A DNA stretch of 64,000 nt from Gammaproteobacteria bacterium. GTDB taxonomy: Bacteria > Pseudomonadota > Gammaproteobacteria > Enterobacterales > Alteromonadaceae. Each line of letters opens with the position of its first letter. Positions within the stretch are counted from its first letter, which is position 1. A program made the position numbers and the translations under genes. Positions 33,574-45,075 of this stretch are shown here, in pieces. Below the pieces are notes generated by a model. The model worked only from the letters and a program-made list of their open reading frames with translations. It made no database searches and was not told the origin of the DNA. The stretch lies in the NCBI GenBank assembly GCA_018222985.1, contig JAAEZG010000010.1, positions 16,822 to 80,821 of the forward strand. The letters are read 5' to 3'.

Positions 33574-35684
33574 GAACGTTTTCCTGTTAATTGTTGGCGC
33601 TGGTGCCAAAGAACTAAGTCAGTCACAGCTTGGTGAGCCTGCTCAAGTAGCGGGTCGAGCTGTGTAATGTGATCAGCCACTTCGCCAACTTCGCCGTTCG
33701 CCATGCTTTTTTCAAGTTTCGCCGCGACATTTGACAGCTTAACCAGCCCTAAATTTGCCGCTGCGCCCTTTAACGAATGAAAGAAACGCTTCGCTTGCTC
33801 ATGTTGGCCCTTAGAAAGAAACTCAACCACTTTCTGAGGCGCTTGTCGGTATTCGTCATAAAGTCTATCGACAAGGCTCTGATACAGCGCCATATTATGG
33901 CCTAAACGCTCAAGAGCAGCGTGAAACTCAATGTCTTGGCGGCTTGGGTAGACGATATTAGGTTGCGCCTTTTCGACATACTCTGGTGCCGCAGGTGCTT
34001 CGTATTCGCCGCGCAAGCACCATTTTTCGAGCGCCTGGTGTAAAACTTTCTCGTCAATAGGCTTGCTAATGTGATCTTGCATACCTGCAGCTAATGAACG
34101 CTCAATATCTTCGCCGCTGCTATTTGCTGTCATGGCAATAATTGGCAGTTGCTGATACGAGAAGTAGCCACGAATTTTTTCGGCAGCTGTTAGGCCGTCC
34201 ATCACTGGCATTTGAATATCCATCAATACTAAGGCGTATTGCTTACTGCGTACCATGGCTAAAGCCTCTTCACCATGGTGGGCAATGTCCACCTGTACCC
34301 CAGCGTGCTCAAGCATTTCACGTGCAATAAGCTGATTAATATCGTTGTCTTCCACCAACAGCACCGGCGCACTACAAATTTCATGTAACCGATTGTCTGT
34401 AGGGGCCTGGCGTTGCTCACTGCTAATAGCTAAAGCTGAGCATAAAACACGTAATAAGCCCGAGCTGGTGTATGGTTTGACTATATATTCAGCCACCCCT
34501 AGCCGTTTGCTTTGCTCAATCATATCTTGCGCGTGGTAATTGGTCGCAAGAATAAGTTTTGGCGCTTGCTCGGCGTTCTCGTTCAGTACTTCTTCGCAAA
34601 ATTCCAAACCACTCATGCCGGGCAACTGCCAATCAACAATCACTGCATCAAATGATTGCTGCACCAGCAGTTGTAATGCTTCTTCAGCGCTGCGGCAGGT
34701 ACGTATTTGGACATTGTAGCTACGCAGTAACTCGGTCAACATTTCGCGCGTTGTTAGGTTATCTTCAATGGCCAATACGCTTTTGTTTTGTAACCGTTGT
34801 ATGAGGGTGTCGCGATTGGAGAGATCTTGGGTTTGTTGAATGGGTAAGCGTAACTCTAGAAAAAATGTCGAGCCTTGCCCCACGCTGCTGGTGACCCCTA
34901 AACCGTGCTGGTTCATGAGTTTTACAATGCGCTGGCTAATCGCTAGGCCCAGCCCGGTGCCACCGAAGCGACGAGTGGTTGAGCTATCGGCTTGAGTGAA
35001 TGCGTCGAATAAGCGTGCCCGTTGTGCCTCGTTCATGCCAATGCCTGTATCGGTTACGGACAAGCGTAAGTACACTTCGTTAGGGTTCACATCGAGTAGG
35101 GTGACGGCCACCACAATTTCGCCGTTCTCGGTAAACTTAATCGCATTACTAACAAGGTTAACCAGCACCTGATTGAGACGGAGCGGATCGCCAATTAACC
35201 GCGTAGGAATATTGGTGGGAAGGTTGATAATAAATTCGAGATTTTTGTCGTATGCACGATAAGCAAACATATCGGCAAGATTGCTTAATACCTCTTCTAA
35301 GTCGAACGGTATGGCTTCGATAGTTAATTTGCCGGCTTCTATTTTGGCAAAGTCGAGCATGTCATTAACAATGCCTAACAAAATGCGTGACGAGCTATCA
35401 ATTGAGCGTAAATAACCTCGTTGTTGCTCGTTTAAGTCAGTTTTTAAGCTCAGTTGGGTCATGCCTAAAATCGCATTGATTGGCGTGCGAATTTCGTGAC
35501 TCATGTTGGCCAAAAACTCACTTTTGGCTTGGTTTGCCGCCGCGGCGTCTTGCAGCTCGCGTTCACGTTCGGCTAAGCGCTGTGAATTTGGCGCTTGGTC
35601 GTCGGGCCGTTGTGGTGAAAAGCGCTGGCACAACCACTGACAAAATGTCTGGAAAAAGTGTGTACGTCGCTGCTGCTTAGCCAT
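33570..35684 (-). CDS. Hybrid histidine kinase (HisKA-HATPase-REC-REC-HPt)
   Basis: [24 protein letters not shown], receiver Asp in VIVDWQLP and VLMDIQMP, HPt FHSLKG. Confidence 0.95.
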   Translation of the reverse strand: MAKQQRRTHFFQTFCQWLCQRFSPQRPDDQAPNSQRLAERERELQDAAAANQAKSEFLANMSHEIRTPINAILGMTQLSLKTDLNEQQRGYLRSIDSSSRILLGIVNDMLDFAKIEAGKLTIEAIPFDLEEVLSNLADMFAYRAYDKNLEFIINLPTNIPTRLIGDPLRLNQVLVNLVSNAIKFTENGEIVVAVTLLDVNPNEVYLRLSVTDTGIGMNEAQRARLFDAFTQADSSTTRRFGGTGLGLAISQRIVKLMNQHGLGVTSSVGQGSTFFLELRLPIQQTQDLSNRDTLIQRLQNKSVLAIEDNLTTREMLTELLRSYNVQIRTCRSAEEALQLLVQQSFDAVIVDWQLPGMSGLEFCEEVLNENAEQAPKLILATNYHAQDMIEQSKRLGVAEYIVKPYTSSGLLRVLCSALAISSEQRQAPTDNRLHEICSAPVLLVEDNDINQLIAREMLEHAGVQVDIAHHGEEALAMVRSKQYALVLMDIQMPVMDGLTAAEKIRGYFSYQQLPIIAMTANSSGEDIERSLAAGMQDHISKPIDEKVLHQALEKWCLRGEYEAPAAPEYVEKAQPNIVYPSRQDIEFHAALERLGHNMALYQSLVDRLYDEYRQAPQKVVEFLSKGQHEQAKRFFHSLKGAAANLGLVKLSNVAAKLEKSMANGEVGEVADHITQLDPLLEQAHQAVTDLVLWHQRQQLTGKRS

Positions 35685-35847
35685 ACAGGATCATAAACCT
35701 TCAGGTAATTCATCTAGTGCCTATCATGCCACGGGTAGGGTTCGCTGCCAATGCCAAACACTGATCAACTGCAATGGACGAAAGCACAATAAAACAGTAC
35801 TATTTCGCTATAACTTATGGCTTGACGATATAAGGCAGGGAAACAAT

Positions 35848-37446
35848 TTGCAGTCATTATTTGCCGATGCGTTAGCACAACTTTCGCGCCCCGAAAACAC
35901 AGCCGCTCTTTGCGACATTCATCGTGGCGTTGAACGCGAAACATTACGAATCACCGACCAAGGAAGGCTAGCGCCCACGGGGCATCCCGCGACGCTTGGC
36001 TCTGCCTTTAAGCATCCATTAATTACCACCGATTACTCCGAAGCGCTCATGGAGTTTATTACACCGGTTGCGAATGATATTTCGGTGACCATGCAGCAGC
36101 TTGGGGATATTCATGCCCGTGTGTATCGCGAATTAGGCGACGAATTATTGTGGCCGCTGAGCATGCCGTGTTTTGTTGGTAGTGCGAAAGACATCGTTAT
36201 TGCACAGTACGGTAGCTCACATAGCGGGCGCATGAAGACTTTGTATCGCCAAGGTTTGACCCATCGCTACGGCGGTGCCATGCAGATTATTGCGGGCGTG
36301 CATTACAATTTTTCATTGCCCGATGCGGTTTGGAATGTGCTGGCTCAACAAGAAGGCAAACCACTTGATCAAGCCTTTATTTCCGAGCGTTACTTTCATC
36401 TGATTCGTAACTACAAGCGCGTTAGTTGGGTGATTCCTTATTTGTTTGGTGCTTCACCAGCTATTTGTAAGTCATTTTTGCAACACACTGAAGACAATAT
36501 AGAGTTTGCTGAAATGGGGAAAGGAACCGTCTATCGCCCTTACGGAACCTCGTTACGGATGAGTGATTTAGGCTACACCAACAAAGAACAAGCTGAATTA
36601 AAAATTACTTACAATACGCTTGAAGAATACGTGGCAGGCTTAAGACGTGCGATATCTACGCCGTCAACGCAATTCAGCAAAATTGGCGTTAAAGTCGATG
36701 GAGACTATCGCCAACTGAACAGCAATATTCTACAAATAGAGAATGAATTTTATTCGCCAATACGGCCGAAGCGCGTTACCCGTGCTGACGAAACACCGAC
36801 CCAAGCACTAGAACGTGGTGGCGTGGAATATATTGAAGTGCGTGCCTTAGATGTGAATCCGTTCAGCCCTGTTGGCATAACCTCAGAGCAAATGCGAATG
36901 CTTGATGTGCTATTAATTTACTGCGCACTCAAACCAAGCCCTGAGCTGAGTTGGGATGAACAGGTCATTACTGATAAAAACTTTAATCGTGTGGTTATGG
37001 ATGGTCGCAACCCACGTTTAACGCTACTGGACAATGGCTATGAGCGGCCAATTGCAGACTGGCTTGAAGACATGTTTGCTGATTTTCATCAAGTAGCCCA
37101 GGTGTTGGATAAAGCCCATGAGTCAGCTGATTTCTCTGATGCAGTTGCGAAACAATATCGTGCAGTACTGAACCCTGAGTTAACGCTTTCAGGGCAGTTT
37201 ATGGCGACTTTGCGTGAAAATAACTGGGATAATAGTGAGTTTGGTATGCACCTTGCGCGACAATACAAACAACAGCTGCTAACCAAGCCACTGCACTATT
37301 TTAGTGAACATGAGTTTGAGAAATTACGAGAAGCATCGGTCAGTGCCCAACAAGAGCTTGAGCAGCAAGATGCGAACACCAGTTTTGATGAATTTTTACA
37401 GGAGTACTTCCGGCGTGCGGAGTGTAAGTTGCCAGCATGTAATTAG
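35848..37446 (+). CDS. gshA: Glutamate--cysteine ligase
   Basis: RGVERETLR, ITTDYSEALMEFITP, LWPLSMPC, IENEFYS, YIEVRALD; TTG start. Confidence 0.97.
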   Translation: MQSLFADALAQLSRPENTAALCDIHRGVERETLRITDQGRLAPTGHPATLGSAFKHPLITTDYSEALMEFITPVANDISVTMQQLGDIHARVYRELGDELLWPLSMPCFVGSAKDIVIAQYGSSHSGRMKTLYRQGLTHRYGGAMQIIAGVHYNFSLPDAVWNVLAQQEGKPLDQAFISERYFHLIRNYKRVSWVIPYLFGASPAICKSFLQHTEDNIEFAEMGKGTVYRPYGTSLRMSDLGYTNKEQAELKITYNTLEEYVAGLRRAISTPSTQFSKIGVKVDGDYRQLNSNILQIENEFYSPIRPKRVTRADETPTQALERGGVEYIEVRALDVNPFSPVGITSEQMRMLDVLLIYCALKPSPELSWDEQVITDKNFNRVVMDGRNPRLTLLDNGYERPIADWLEDMFADFHQVAQVLDKAHESADFSDAVAKQYRAVLNPELTLSGQFMATLRENNWDNSEFGMHLARQYKQQLLTKPLHYFSEHEFEKLREASVSAQQELEQQDANTSFDEFLQEYFRRAECKLPACN

Positions 37447-37461
37447 CCGGATCGCAAAACG

Positions 37462-38073
37462 ATGAAGTTAAAAGTATTGGTTGTCACCACAGCGTTAACT
37501 CTCGGTGGCTGTGCTTCGGCACCGCCGCAAGAGCCTGAGAATCTGTGCCGAATTTTTTTCGAAAAACGTGATTGGTATGATGCCGCAGCAAACATGCGGG
37601 ACAAATGGGGGGTTCCCATTCAAGTGCCTATGGCCATGATGTACCAAGAAAGCTCGTTCAAGCACGATGCCGTGCCGCCTAGAGATTATATTTTGTGGAT
37701 TATTCCATGGGGCCGAGTGAGCAGTGCTTATGGCTATTCGCAGGCTAAAACGGGAACGTGGGATGACTACGTCCGCGAAACCGGCAATTCTTGGTCTTCA
37801 CGATCAGACTTTGATGACGCCATTGATTTTATGGGTTGGTTTATTAGTAAAACGCATAAATTAAATGGGGTGTCTAAGTGGGATGCTTACGGACAATACT
37901 TAAACTATCACGAAGGTTGGGGCGGCTATCGCCGGCAAACCTACCGCAATAAACAATGGCTGATGAAAACCTCACAGCGTGTTAAAGATCGCGCAAGCCG
38001 CTATGGTGCGCAATTACGTAGCTGTGAGGAAGACTTGAAACGTGGTTGGTTGTGGCGTTTATTTTTTGGTTAA
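37462..38073 (+). CDS. Lipoprotein with lysozyme/SLT-like domain
   Basis: LGGC lipobox; MMYQESSF; SAYGYSQA. Confidence 0.8.
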   Translation: MKLKVLVVTTALTLGGCASAPPQEPENLCRIFFEKRDWYDAAANMRDKWGVPIQVPMAMMYQESSFKHDAVPPRDYILWIIPWGRVSSAYGYSQAKTGTWDDYVRETGNSWSSRSDFDDAIDFMGWFISKTHKLNGVSKWDAYGQYLNYHEGWGGYRRQTYRNKQWLMKTSQRVKDRASRYGAQLRSCEEDLKRGWLWRLFFG

Positions 38074-38105
38074 ACGCCACATGGGTTAACCAGTGGCTAC
38101 TGGTT
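38051..38105. terminator. Two hairpins at a convergent junction
   Basis: TGTGGCGTTTA-N9-TAAACGCCACA (38051-38081) and AACCAGT-GGCT-ACTGGTT (38088-38105). Confidence 0.55.
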
Positions 38106-39365
38106 GGGTAAAAAACGTACCAACTTCACCAGGTTATCGCTGCTTTCCACGATTTCAAGCGCATAACCGTTAATACGCAAACACAGTGGCGCCTGAGGAA
38201 TATCTCCGAGCTGTTCGATAATCAGGCCACTGACGGTTTTCGGGCCATCGGTAGGAAGTTCCCAGTTCATTTCTTTATTAAGCTCACGAATGTTGGCAAC
38301 GCCTTCAACCAATACCGAGCCATCGGGTTGAATTTGCGTCGTTTCGCTAGGAGCTGGTGCAATGCTGGTGGTGAAGTCACCGACAATTTCTTCGAGAATA
38401 TCTTCTAGCGTGACTAACCCCTGAATATCACCATACTCGTCTACCACCAGGCCAATGCGTTCTTTGTTACGTTGAAACTTCAGTAGTTGAACGTTTAGTG
38501 GCGTGCCTTCGGGAATATAGTAAATATCGCGTGCCGCCCGAATAATTTCAGATTTATCCATATCGGCATTGTTTTTGGTCATTATTTGCATAATGTCGCG
38601 AGCATGCAAAAAGCCAACAGCGTCGTCTATTTCATTCCGGTAGAGCAAAATGCGCGTGTATTGCGCCTGACTCAGCTGTTTAATAATAGACTTCACGTCA
38701 TCTTGCACATCAATACCAGAAATATCAGCGCGTGGAATCATCACATCTTCCACGGTTACTTTTTCTAGGTCCAAAATACTTAGCAGCATTTCTTGGTGAC
38801 TGGATGGAATCATTGAATTGGCTTCATTCACTACCGTGCGTAATTCTTCCGAGCTTAACGCATCGCCGCCATTCGCTGCATTGGGGTTAATTCCAAGCAA
38901 GCGCATAAAACCATTGGTGATAAAGTTCACAGCGGCTACAAACGGGTACATAATCGTCAGTAGGGGCTTTAAAATAATTGAACTTGGAAAGGCAACGCGC
39001 TCAGGGTGCAGAGCCGCAATAGTTTTCGGCGTCACTTCAGAAAAAATCAACACCACCAAGGTTAGGCCAAATGTTGCAATGACAATACCGGCATCACCGA
39101 ACAAGCGCAGACAAATAATTGTGGCGATAGAAGAGGCTGCAATATTGACCAGATTATTACCAATAAGAATAAGGCCAATAAGGCGGTCTGGTCGGTCGAG
39201 CAGATACTGAACCCGACTGGCACCCGCGTTACCTTGCTGTGCCAGGTGGCGTAATCGATATCGGTTGACTGACATCATGCCAGTTTCCGAACCCGAGAAA
39301 TAAGCGGAAAGCAAAAGCAACACCCCGAGAATAATAAAGAGGGTTGCGGTGGATATCTCGTCCAA
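38097..39365 (-). CDS. CNNM/HlyC-CorC family membrane protein (YfjD-like)
   Basis: SAYFSGSETG, ILIGNNLVN, SEVTPK, CBS pair with VVDEYGDIQGLVTLEDILEEIVG; TTG start. Confidence 0.93.
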   Translation of the reverse strand: MDEISTATLFIILGVLLLLSAYFSGSETGMMSVNRYRLRHLAQQGNAGASRVQYLLDRPDRLIGLILIGNNLVNIAASSIATIICLRLFGDAGIVIATFGLTLVVLIFSEVTPKTIAALHPERVAFPSSIILKPLLTIMYPFVAAVNFITNGFMRLLGINPNAANGGDALSSEELRTVVNEANSMIPSSHQEMLLSILDLEKVTVEDVMIPRADISGIDVQDDVKSIIKQLSQAQYTRILLYRNEIDDAVGFLHARDIMQIMTKNNADMDKSEIIRAARDIYYIPEGTPLNVQLLKFQRNKERIGLVVDEYGDIQGLVTLEDILEEIVGDFTTSIAPAPSETTQIQPDGSVLVEGVANIRELNKEMNWELPTDGPKTVSGLIIEQLGDIPQAPLCLRINGYALEIVESSDNLVKLVRFLPNQ

Positions 39366-39451
39366 AAAATAATCCTATAACTTAAAACTGAACGCTTAAT
39401 TTAGCCAGATAGCTTCACAAGTCAAGTGATTCGCGTTGAATAAGCGCCAAC

Positions 39452-40249
39452 CTACATCGAAAGTAGAATATCTTTCACGAATCGGCTACCAAAATAAGCG
39501 AGCGAAAGTAGTGTACTAGCTACCACACTGGCAATAACTAACGCTTTGCCACGAGCGCGTTTAACGGCATGGAAAAACAGCACCACGGTGTACACAACAA
39601 AGGCTGCTAAACTTAAAACGGTTTTGTGCCCCTGGCCTTGCGCAAACATGTCTTCTAAAAACACAAAACCACTTAAAATAGAGACCAACAGTAGCAGTGT
39701 TCCGGCACTTAGTAAGCGGAAGAAATAGCGTTCAACCGTCATTAGCGGCGGTAGGTAGTTGATAACGACATGGCTACGATGATGTTTCAGTAGGTAGTTT
39801 AAATACAATAGCTGCAGCGCATACAGCGTGGCCAGCATGAGCACCGCATAGGCAATTAATGACAACACGATGTGAATGACGAGGCCCTGGCTTTCACCAA
39901 CTTGAGCACCCCAATTTGCAGGGCTGATGCTCATTAAGATAACGCTGACGGCGGCAAATACATAAATAATTGGACTTAATAATAAACCGCCGACTTGGCG
40001 ACCGCGAATAAAGGCGAGCAACGCTAGAAATAACGCGACAGTACTTAAACTTGTGGTGATATTTAAATGATCGAAATGATCATCAACTAGATATTGCCAA
40101 AGTAAAACGCCGTGACTGACGATAGCCAGTAAAGGTACTGTGGTTGACACCCAGCTTGAAATGGCGGCTCGACTAAGCTGGCGCCATAAAAGAATTGCGC
40201 TTAATCCGTATAAGAAAACAGTAATAGGAAGCAAAATGGCCATGTTCAT
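39452..40249 (-). CDS. ypjD: YpjD / cytochrome c assembly-family inner membrane protein
   Basis: Multi-TM; HIVLSLIAY, LPPLMTVER, HKTVLS; divergent from ffh. Confidence 0.88.
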   Translation of the reverse strand: MNMAILLPITVFLYGLSAILLWRQLSRAAISSWVSTTVPLLAIVSHGVLLWQYLVDDHFDHLNITTSLSTVALFLALLAFIRGRQVGGLLLSPIIYVFAAVSVILMSISPANWGAQVGESQGLVIHIVLSLIAYAVLMLATLYALQLLYLNYLLKHHRSHVVINYLPPLMTVERYFFRLLSAGTLLLLVSILSGFVFLEDMFAQGQGHKTVLSLAAFVVYTVVLFFHAVKRARGKALVIASVVASTLLSLAYFGSRFVKDILLSM

Positions 40250-40409
40250 TGTCGTTTTATTGTGCCGCTAAAAAAGAATAACCTCAGTATATGCATTGTG
40301 TTGCTGAAACCCAATAGGATCAGGAAACTTTGCTTGAATTAAGATATACTCGGCGCCATATCGTTATCAATGTTTATAGACAGTCACCTAAGAAAGTGAG
40401 CGAATTCGC

Positions 40410-41783
40410 ATGTTTGAGAATTTAAGCGAACGGTTGTCGCAATCGTTAAAAAATATTACGGGTCGCGGTCGTCTAACCGAAGACAATATCAAAGACACCT
40501 TGCGTGAAGTACGTATGGCTTTGTTAGAAGCCGACGTAGCCTTGCCTGTGGTAAGAGAATTTGTCAGCCGCGTCAAAGAACAAGCGTTAGGGGCTGAAGT
40601 TAATAAAAGCTTAACACCAGGCCAAGTGTTCTTGAAAATTGTACAAAAAGAACTAGAACACGCCATGGGTGAGGGCAATGCCCCGATTAATTTAGCCGCG
40701 CAGCCGCCGGCCGTGGTGCTGATGGCGGGGCTACAGGGTGCTGGTAAAACCACCAGTGTAGGCAAGCTAGCGCGTTTTCTACGTGAAAAGCAGAAGAAAA
40801 AAGTATTGGTGGTTAGTGCCGACGTCTATCGTCCGGCAGCCATTAAACAGCTTGAAACCTTGGCTGCCGAAGTTGAGGTTGAGTTTTTCCCGTCATCAAC
40901 CGATCAAAAGCCGGTGGCCATAGCACAGGCAGCTATTGACCACGCCCGCAAGAAATTTATTGATGTGGTGTTGGTGGATACCGCGGGTCGTACCGCTATC
41001 GACGACGCCATGATGGATGAAATTAAAGCGTTACATCAGGCCATCAACCCAATTGAAACCTTGTTTGTAGTTGATGCCATGACTGGCCAAGATGCTGCGA
41101 ATACGGCCAAAGCTTTTAGTGAAGCGCTGCCATTGACCGGTGTTATTTTGACGAAAACAGATGGTGATGCTCGTGGCGGTGCCGCGCTTTCTATTCGTCA
41201 TATTACCGGCAAACCTATTAAATTCTTGGGCGTTGGTGAAAAGAACACGGCCCTTGAGCCGTTCCATCCTGATCGCGTGGCTTCACGTATTTTGGGCATG
41301 GGCGACGTACTGTCGCTTATTGATGAACTTGAAACCAAGGTTGATAAAGCCAAAGCCGAAAAAGTTGCTCAAAAGGTGATGAAGGAAGGCAAGTTTTCAC
41401 TAGAAGACTTCCGCGATCAGCTTGCTCAAATGCGAGATATGGGCGGCATGATGGGGCTTATGGATAAATTACCGGGTATGGGCAAAATGACAGCCCAAGT
41501 GAAAGGTCAGCTTGATGATAAGGTGACCGTTCGTATGGAAGCCATCATTAATTCAATGACGCCCAAAGAGCGTCAGCACCCTGACTTAATTAAAGGCTCA
41601 CGCAAGCGTCGTATTGCGCTTGGTTCTGGCACGCAAGTTCAGGATGTGAACAAATTGCTGAAGCAATTTATGCAGATGCAAAAAATGATGAAGAAAATGA
41701 AAGGCGGCGGTATGGCGAAGATGATGCGCGGCCTTGGCGGAATGGGCGGGAAAATGCCTCCAGGAATGTTCCCGAAACGCTAG
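40410..41783 (+). CDS. ffh: Signal recognition particle protein
   Basis: [28 protein letters not shown], Met-rich M domain. Confidence 0.99.
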   Translation: MFENLSERLSQSLKNITGRGRLTEDNIKDTLREVRMALLEADVALPVVREFVSRVKEQALGAEVNKSLTPGQVFLKIVQKELEHAMGEGNAPINLAAQPPAVVLMAGLQGAGKTTSVGKLARFLREKQKKKVLVVSADVYRPAAIKQLETLAAEVEVEFFPSSTDQKPVAIAQAAIDHARKKFIDVVLVDTAGRTAIDDAMMDEIKALHQAINPIETLFVVDAMTGQDAANTAKAFSEALPLTGVILTKTDGDARGGAALSIRHITGKPIKFLGVGEKNTALEPFHPDRVASRILGMGDVLSLIDELETKVDKAKAEKVAQKVMKEGKFSLEDFRDQLAQMRDMGGMMGLMDKLPGMGKMTAQVKGQLDDKVTVRMEAIINSMTPKERQHPDLIKGSRKRRIALGSGTQVQDVNKLLKQFMQMQKMMKKMKGGGMAKMMRGLGGMGGKMPPGMFPKR

Positions 41784-41790
41784 TAAAAAC

Positions 41791-41819
41791 TTGCATTCGG
41801 ACCAAATTTCGGGTAAATT
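41791..41819 (+). promoter_or_regulatory. rpsP operon sigma70 promoter
   Basis: TTGCAT-N17-TAAATT. Confidence 0.7.
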
Positions 41820-41890
41820 CCACGACCTCTTCGACCCCGGTCGGAGACTTTTTTATTTACTTAACATTAGAAACTGTATCGAGGAACGTA

Positions 41891-42139
41891 ATGGTAACCA
41901 TTCGTTTACAACGTGGTGGCGCTAAAAAACGCCCATTCTACCAAATGGTAGTTACTGACAGTCGCAATGCCCGCGACGGTCGTTTTATTGAAAATGTAGG
42001 CTTCTTCAACCCGGTTGCTCGCGGCCAGGAAGAAAAACTACGCGTAGACTTAGATCGTGTTGATCACTGGGTATCTAACGGTGCTTCATTGTCTGAGCGT
42101 GTAGCGAAGTTAGTAAAAGACGCGCGCAGCGCGGCTTAA
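41891..42139 (+). CDS. rpsP: 30S ribosomal protein S16
   Basis: [17 protein letters not shown]. Confidence 0.99.
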   Translation: MVTIRLQRGGAKKRPFYQMVVTDSRNARDGRFIENVGFFNPVARGQEEKLRVDLDRVDHWVSNGASLSERVAKLVKDARSAA

Positions 42140-42167
42140 TTAAAGTTTTATTCCGAATTGGGTGACT

Positions 42168-42698
42168 ATGAACAATCCTGCTGAAACCGTCGTTGTTGGT
42201 CAACTTGGCGCAGTATATGGCGTAAAAGGCTGGATTAAAGTTCAAAGTTTCACTGACGATCCGGAAGCCATTTTTGAATACCGTCCTTGGCAACTTGTAT
42301 TACAAGGCAAGGCGCAAGCAGTTCAAGTCGAAGAATGGCGTCGACACAATAAAGGACTGATTGCAAAGCTAGTTGGCGTAGAAGATCGTGACCAAGCACA
42401 CCGTTTTACGGGCGCTGAAATTGTGATTGCCGCCGAGCTGCTACCTGAATTGCCAGAGGATGAATTTTACTGGCGCGATTTGATTGGTATGGCCGTGGTA
42501 AATACTGACGGTTATAACATGGGAGTCGTTGACCAGTTAATGGCCACAGCATCGAACGATGTCATGGTGGTGAAAGCGAATAGCAATGATGCATTTGGTC
42601 GTTCTGAACGTTTGATTCCGTTTATTCAGAGTCAATACGTGCAAGAAGTCGACAAAGAAAACAAGCGCATTATTGTGGATTGGCCGTCGGACTTTTAA
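42168..42698 (+). CDS. rimM: Ribosome maturation factor RimM
   Basis: [30 protein letters not shown]. Confidence 0.97.
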   Translation: MNNPAETVVVGQLGAVYGVKGWIKVQSFTDDPEAIFEYRPWQLVLQGKAQAVQVEEWRRHNKGLIAKLVGVEDRDQAHRFTGAEIVIAAELLPELPEDEFYWRDLIGMAVVNTDGYNMGVVDQLMATASNDVMVVKANSNDAFGRSERLIPFIQSQYVQEVDKENKRIIVDWPSDF

Positions 42699-43474
42699 TG
42701 ACTGCGAACTTACAGGTTGGGGTGATCAGCCTTTTTCCTGAAATGTTTCAAGCCATTACCGACAACGGTGTGACCGGCAGGGCAGTGCGCGATGGGTTAT
42801 TGGATATTCAATTAATCAATCCGCGTGACTATACCCATGATCGCCATCGTACCGTTGATGACCGCCCATATGGCGGTGGGCCGGGAATGTTGATGATGGT
42901 GCAACCGCTCACCGATGCGATTGCTGCCGCCAAACAACAACTCGGGGCCAATACCAAGGTGATTTATATGTCACCTCAAGGTCGCAAGCTTGACCATGCG
43001 GGCGCACAAGAATTAGCGCAACATGACAAGCTCATTTTAATTGCCGGTCGCTATGAAGGCATTGATGAACGCGTAATAACGCGTCACGTTGATGAAGAAT
43101 GGTCGATTGGGGATTACGTGTTAAGTGGTGGCGAGTTACCGGCCATGGTGATGATCGACACGGTTGCACGCTTGATACCTGGAGTTCTTGGGCATCAAGA
43201 TTCAGCTAGTGAAGATTCGTTCGCTGAGGGCTTGTTAGATTGCCCACACTATACACGACCAGAAATCTTAGATGGTGAGGCGGTTCCTGCTGTATTACTC
43301 AGCGGTAACCACGAAAATATACGTAAGTGGCGTTTGCAACAGTCTTTAGGCAGAACCTGGTTGCGCCGCCCTGAATTGTTAAAACACCTAGCTCTGACTG
43401 ACGAGCAGAAGCAGTTACTGGATGACTTCATTCAGCAACACCAAAAAGCTTCTGATACAGGTTCGGGCAGTTAA
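42698..43474 (+). CDS. trmD: tRNA (guanine37-N1)-methyltransferase
   Basis: [32 protein letters not shown]. Confidence 0.99.
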   Translation: MTANLQVGVISLFPEMFQAITDNGVTGRAVRDGLLDIQLINPRDYTHDRHRTVDDRPYGGGPGMLMMVQPLTDAIAAAKQQLGANTKVIYMSPQGRKLDHAGAQELAQHDKLILIAGRYEGIDERVITRHVDEEWSIGDYVLSGGELPAMVMIDTVARLIPGVLGHQDSASEDSFAEGLLDCPHYTRPEILDGEAVPAVLLSGNHENIRKWRLQQSLGRTWLRRPELLKHLALTDEQKQLLDDFIQQHQKASDTGSGS

Positions 43475-43494
43475 TCTAGGCAAGTGAGGCTATC

Positions 43495-43860
43495 ATGGCA
43501 AAAGTAAATCAAAATTTGATCAAAGCGATCGAAGACGAGCAGTTGAAAACCGACCTTCCGGCGTACGCGCCAGGCGATACAGTGGTCGTTAATGTTAAGG
43601 TTGTTGAAGGTAACCGTGAGCGTGTTCAGGCATTTGAAGGCGTGGTTATCGCAAAACGTAATCGTGGCTTACACAGCGCAGTAACCGTTCGTAAAATCTC
43701 AAACGGTGAAGGCGTTGAGCGTACTTTCCAAGTACACAGCCCAATTATTGATAGCATCGTTGTGAAGCGTAAAGGTGCGGTACGTCGTGCTAAGCTTTAC
43801 TACCTTCGTGAGCGTTCAGGTAAATCTGCGCGTATTCGCGAGAAGCTGTCAGCTAAATAA
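43495..43860 (+). CDS. rplS: 50S ribosomal protein L19
   Basis: [10 protein letters not shown]; [10 protein letters not shown]. Confidence 0.99.
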   Translation: MAKVNQNLIKAIEDEQLKTDLPAYAPGDTVVVNVKVVEGNRERVQAFEGVVIAKRNRGLHSAVTVRKISNGEGVERTFQVHSPIIDSIVVKRKGAVRRAKLYYLRERSGKSARIREKLSAK

Positions 43861-43875
43861 GCTTAGGCTTAAACG

Positions 43876-43903
43876 AAAAAACCCGCCGCTGGCGGGTTTT
43901 TTT
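43876..43903 (+). terminator. Terminator after rplS
   Basis: AAAAAACCCGCC-GCT-GGCGGG followed by a T run. Confidence 0.92.
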
Positions 43904-43956
43904 ATGGTACAAATGCACACGGATGTGTGTCGTTTAGTTGCTGTGGAGCTGTTGTC

Positions 43957-45075
43957 ATGTCAAACCCTGAACTTGAGCTAGAAAGTTTACGCCAACGTAT
44001 TGATGAAACCGACAGCGAGTTGGTGCGTTTGCTATTGCAACGGCGTGAATTGGCCGCGCAAGTAGGGGTTGTGAAGCGACAACTAGGCCAGCCACTGTAT
44101 GTTCCTGAGCGCGAAGAAAAAATGCTCAAGGCACGCCGCCAACAAGCGGCAGACATGGGTTTGTCCGCTGACCTGATCGAAGATGTATTGCGCCGGGTTA
44201 TTCGTGAGTCGTATCAACAGCAACAAGCGGCTGATGTACATTTGCAGGGTAAAAACGTCGTCGTGGTTGGTGGCGCCGGGGCCTTAGGTAAGCTTTTCGT
44301 ACGGTTGTTTGAGTCAGCCGGCGCGGTGGTCAATGTTATAGACAAAGACGACTGGGCATTAGCCGCAGCCTACTGTGCCGATGCCGATTTGGTATTAGTG
44401 GCGGTTCCCGTTGCCTTAACCGAAAGTGTCATTGAGCAGTTACCAACACTTCCACCGAGTTGCGTCTTGGCCGATGTAACGAGTATTAAGCGTCGACCAC
44501 TGGCGGCTATGTTGGCGAAACACAGTGGCCCCGTGGTTGGCTTGCACCCTATGTTTGGGCCACAGCAGGCGACATTAGCCAAACAACTCATGGTGGTTTG
44601 CCATGGCCGCGAAGAAGATAGCTATCAATGGCTATTGCAAAGTATTCAGCGCTGGGGCGCTCAGTTGCACCACATTGATGCACACCAACATGATGAAGCG
44701 ATGGCGTTTGTGCAGGTGCTGCGCCATTTATCGACCTTTGTGTATGGCGCGCACTTGGCCGAAGAAAATGCGGACGTACAACAGCTGCTTAATCTTAGCT
44801 CACCGATCTATCGGCTTGAGCTAATGATGGTGGGGCGGTTGTTTGCGCAAAACGCCAACTTATATGCCGATATTATTTTGTCAGAGCCGCAAAACTTCAA
44901 TATGTTACGCCGCTATGTGCGACTGTTTGAACAGGTTATTGACCAGCTAGAGCATGGCAAAAAACAAGATTTTGTCCAAACTTTCGATGAAGTTAGGCGT
45001 TATTTCGGCGAATTTTCAGAAAAGTTTTTAATTGAAAGCCAGCGTTTACTCGACACCGCTGGCGACGCGCAATAA
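43957..45075 (+). CDS. tyrA: Chorismate mutase/prephenate dehydrogenase (T-protein)
   Basis: LRQRIDETD CM domain; GGAGALG; DVTSIK; GLHPMFGP. Confidence 0.95.
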   Translation: MSNPELELESLRQRIDETDSELVRLLLQRRELAAQVGVVKRQLGQPLYVPEREEKMLKARRQQAADMGLSADLIEDVLRRVIRESYQQQQAADVHLQGKNVVVVGGAGALGKLFVRLFESAGAVVNVIDKDDWALAAAYCADADLVLVAVPVALTESVIEQLPTLPPSCVLADVTSIKRRPLAAMLAKHSGPVVGLHPMFGPQQATLAKQLMVVCHGREEDSYQWLLQSIQRWGAQLHHIDAHQHDEAMAFVQVLRHLSTFVYGAHLAEENADVQQLLNLSSPIYRLELMMVGRLFAQNANLYADIILSEPQNFNMLRRYVRLFEQVIDQLEHGKKQDFVQTFDEVRRYFGEFSEKFLIESQRLLDTAGDAQ

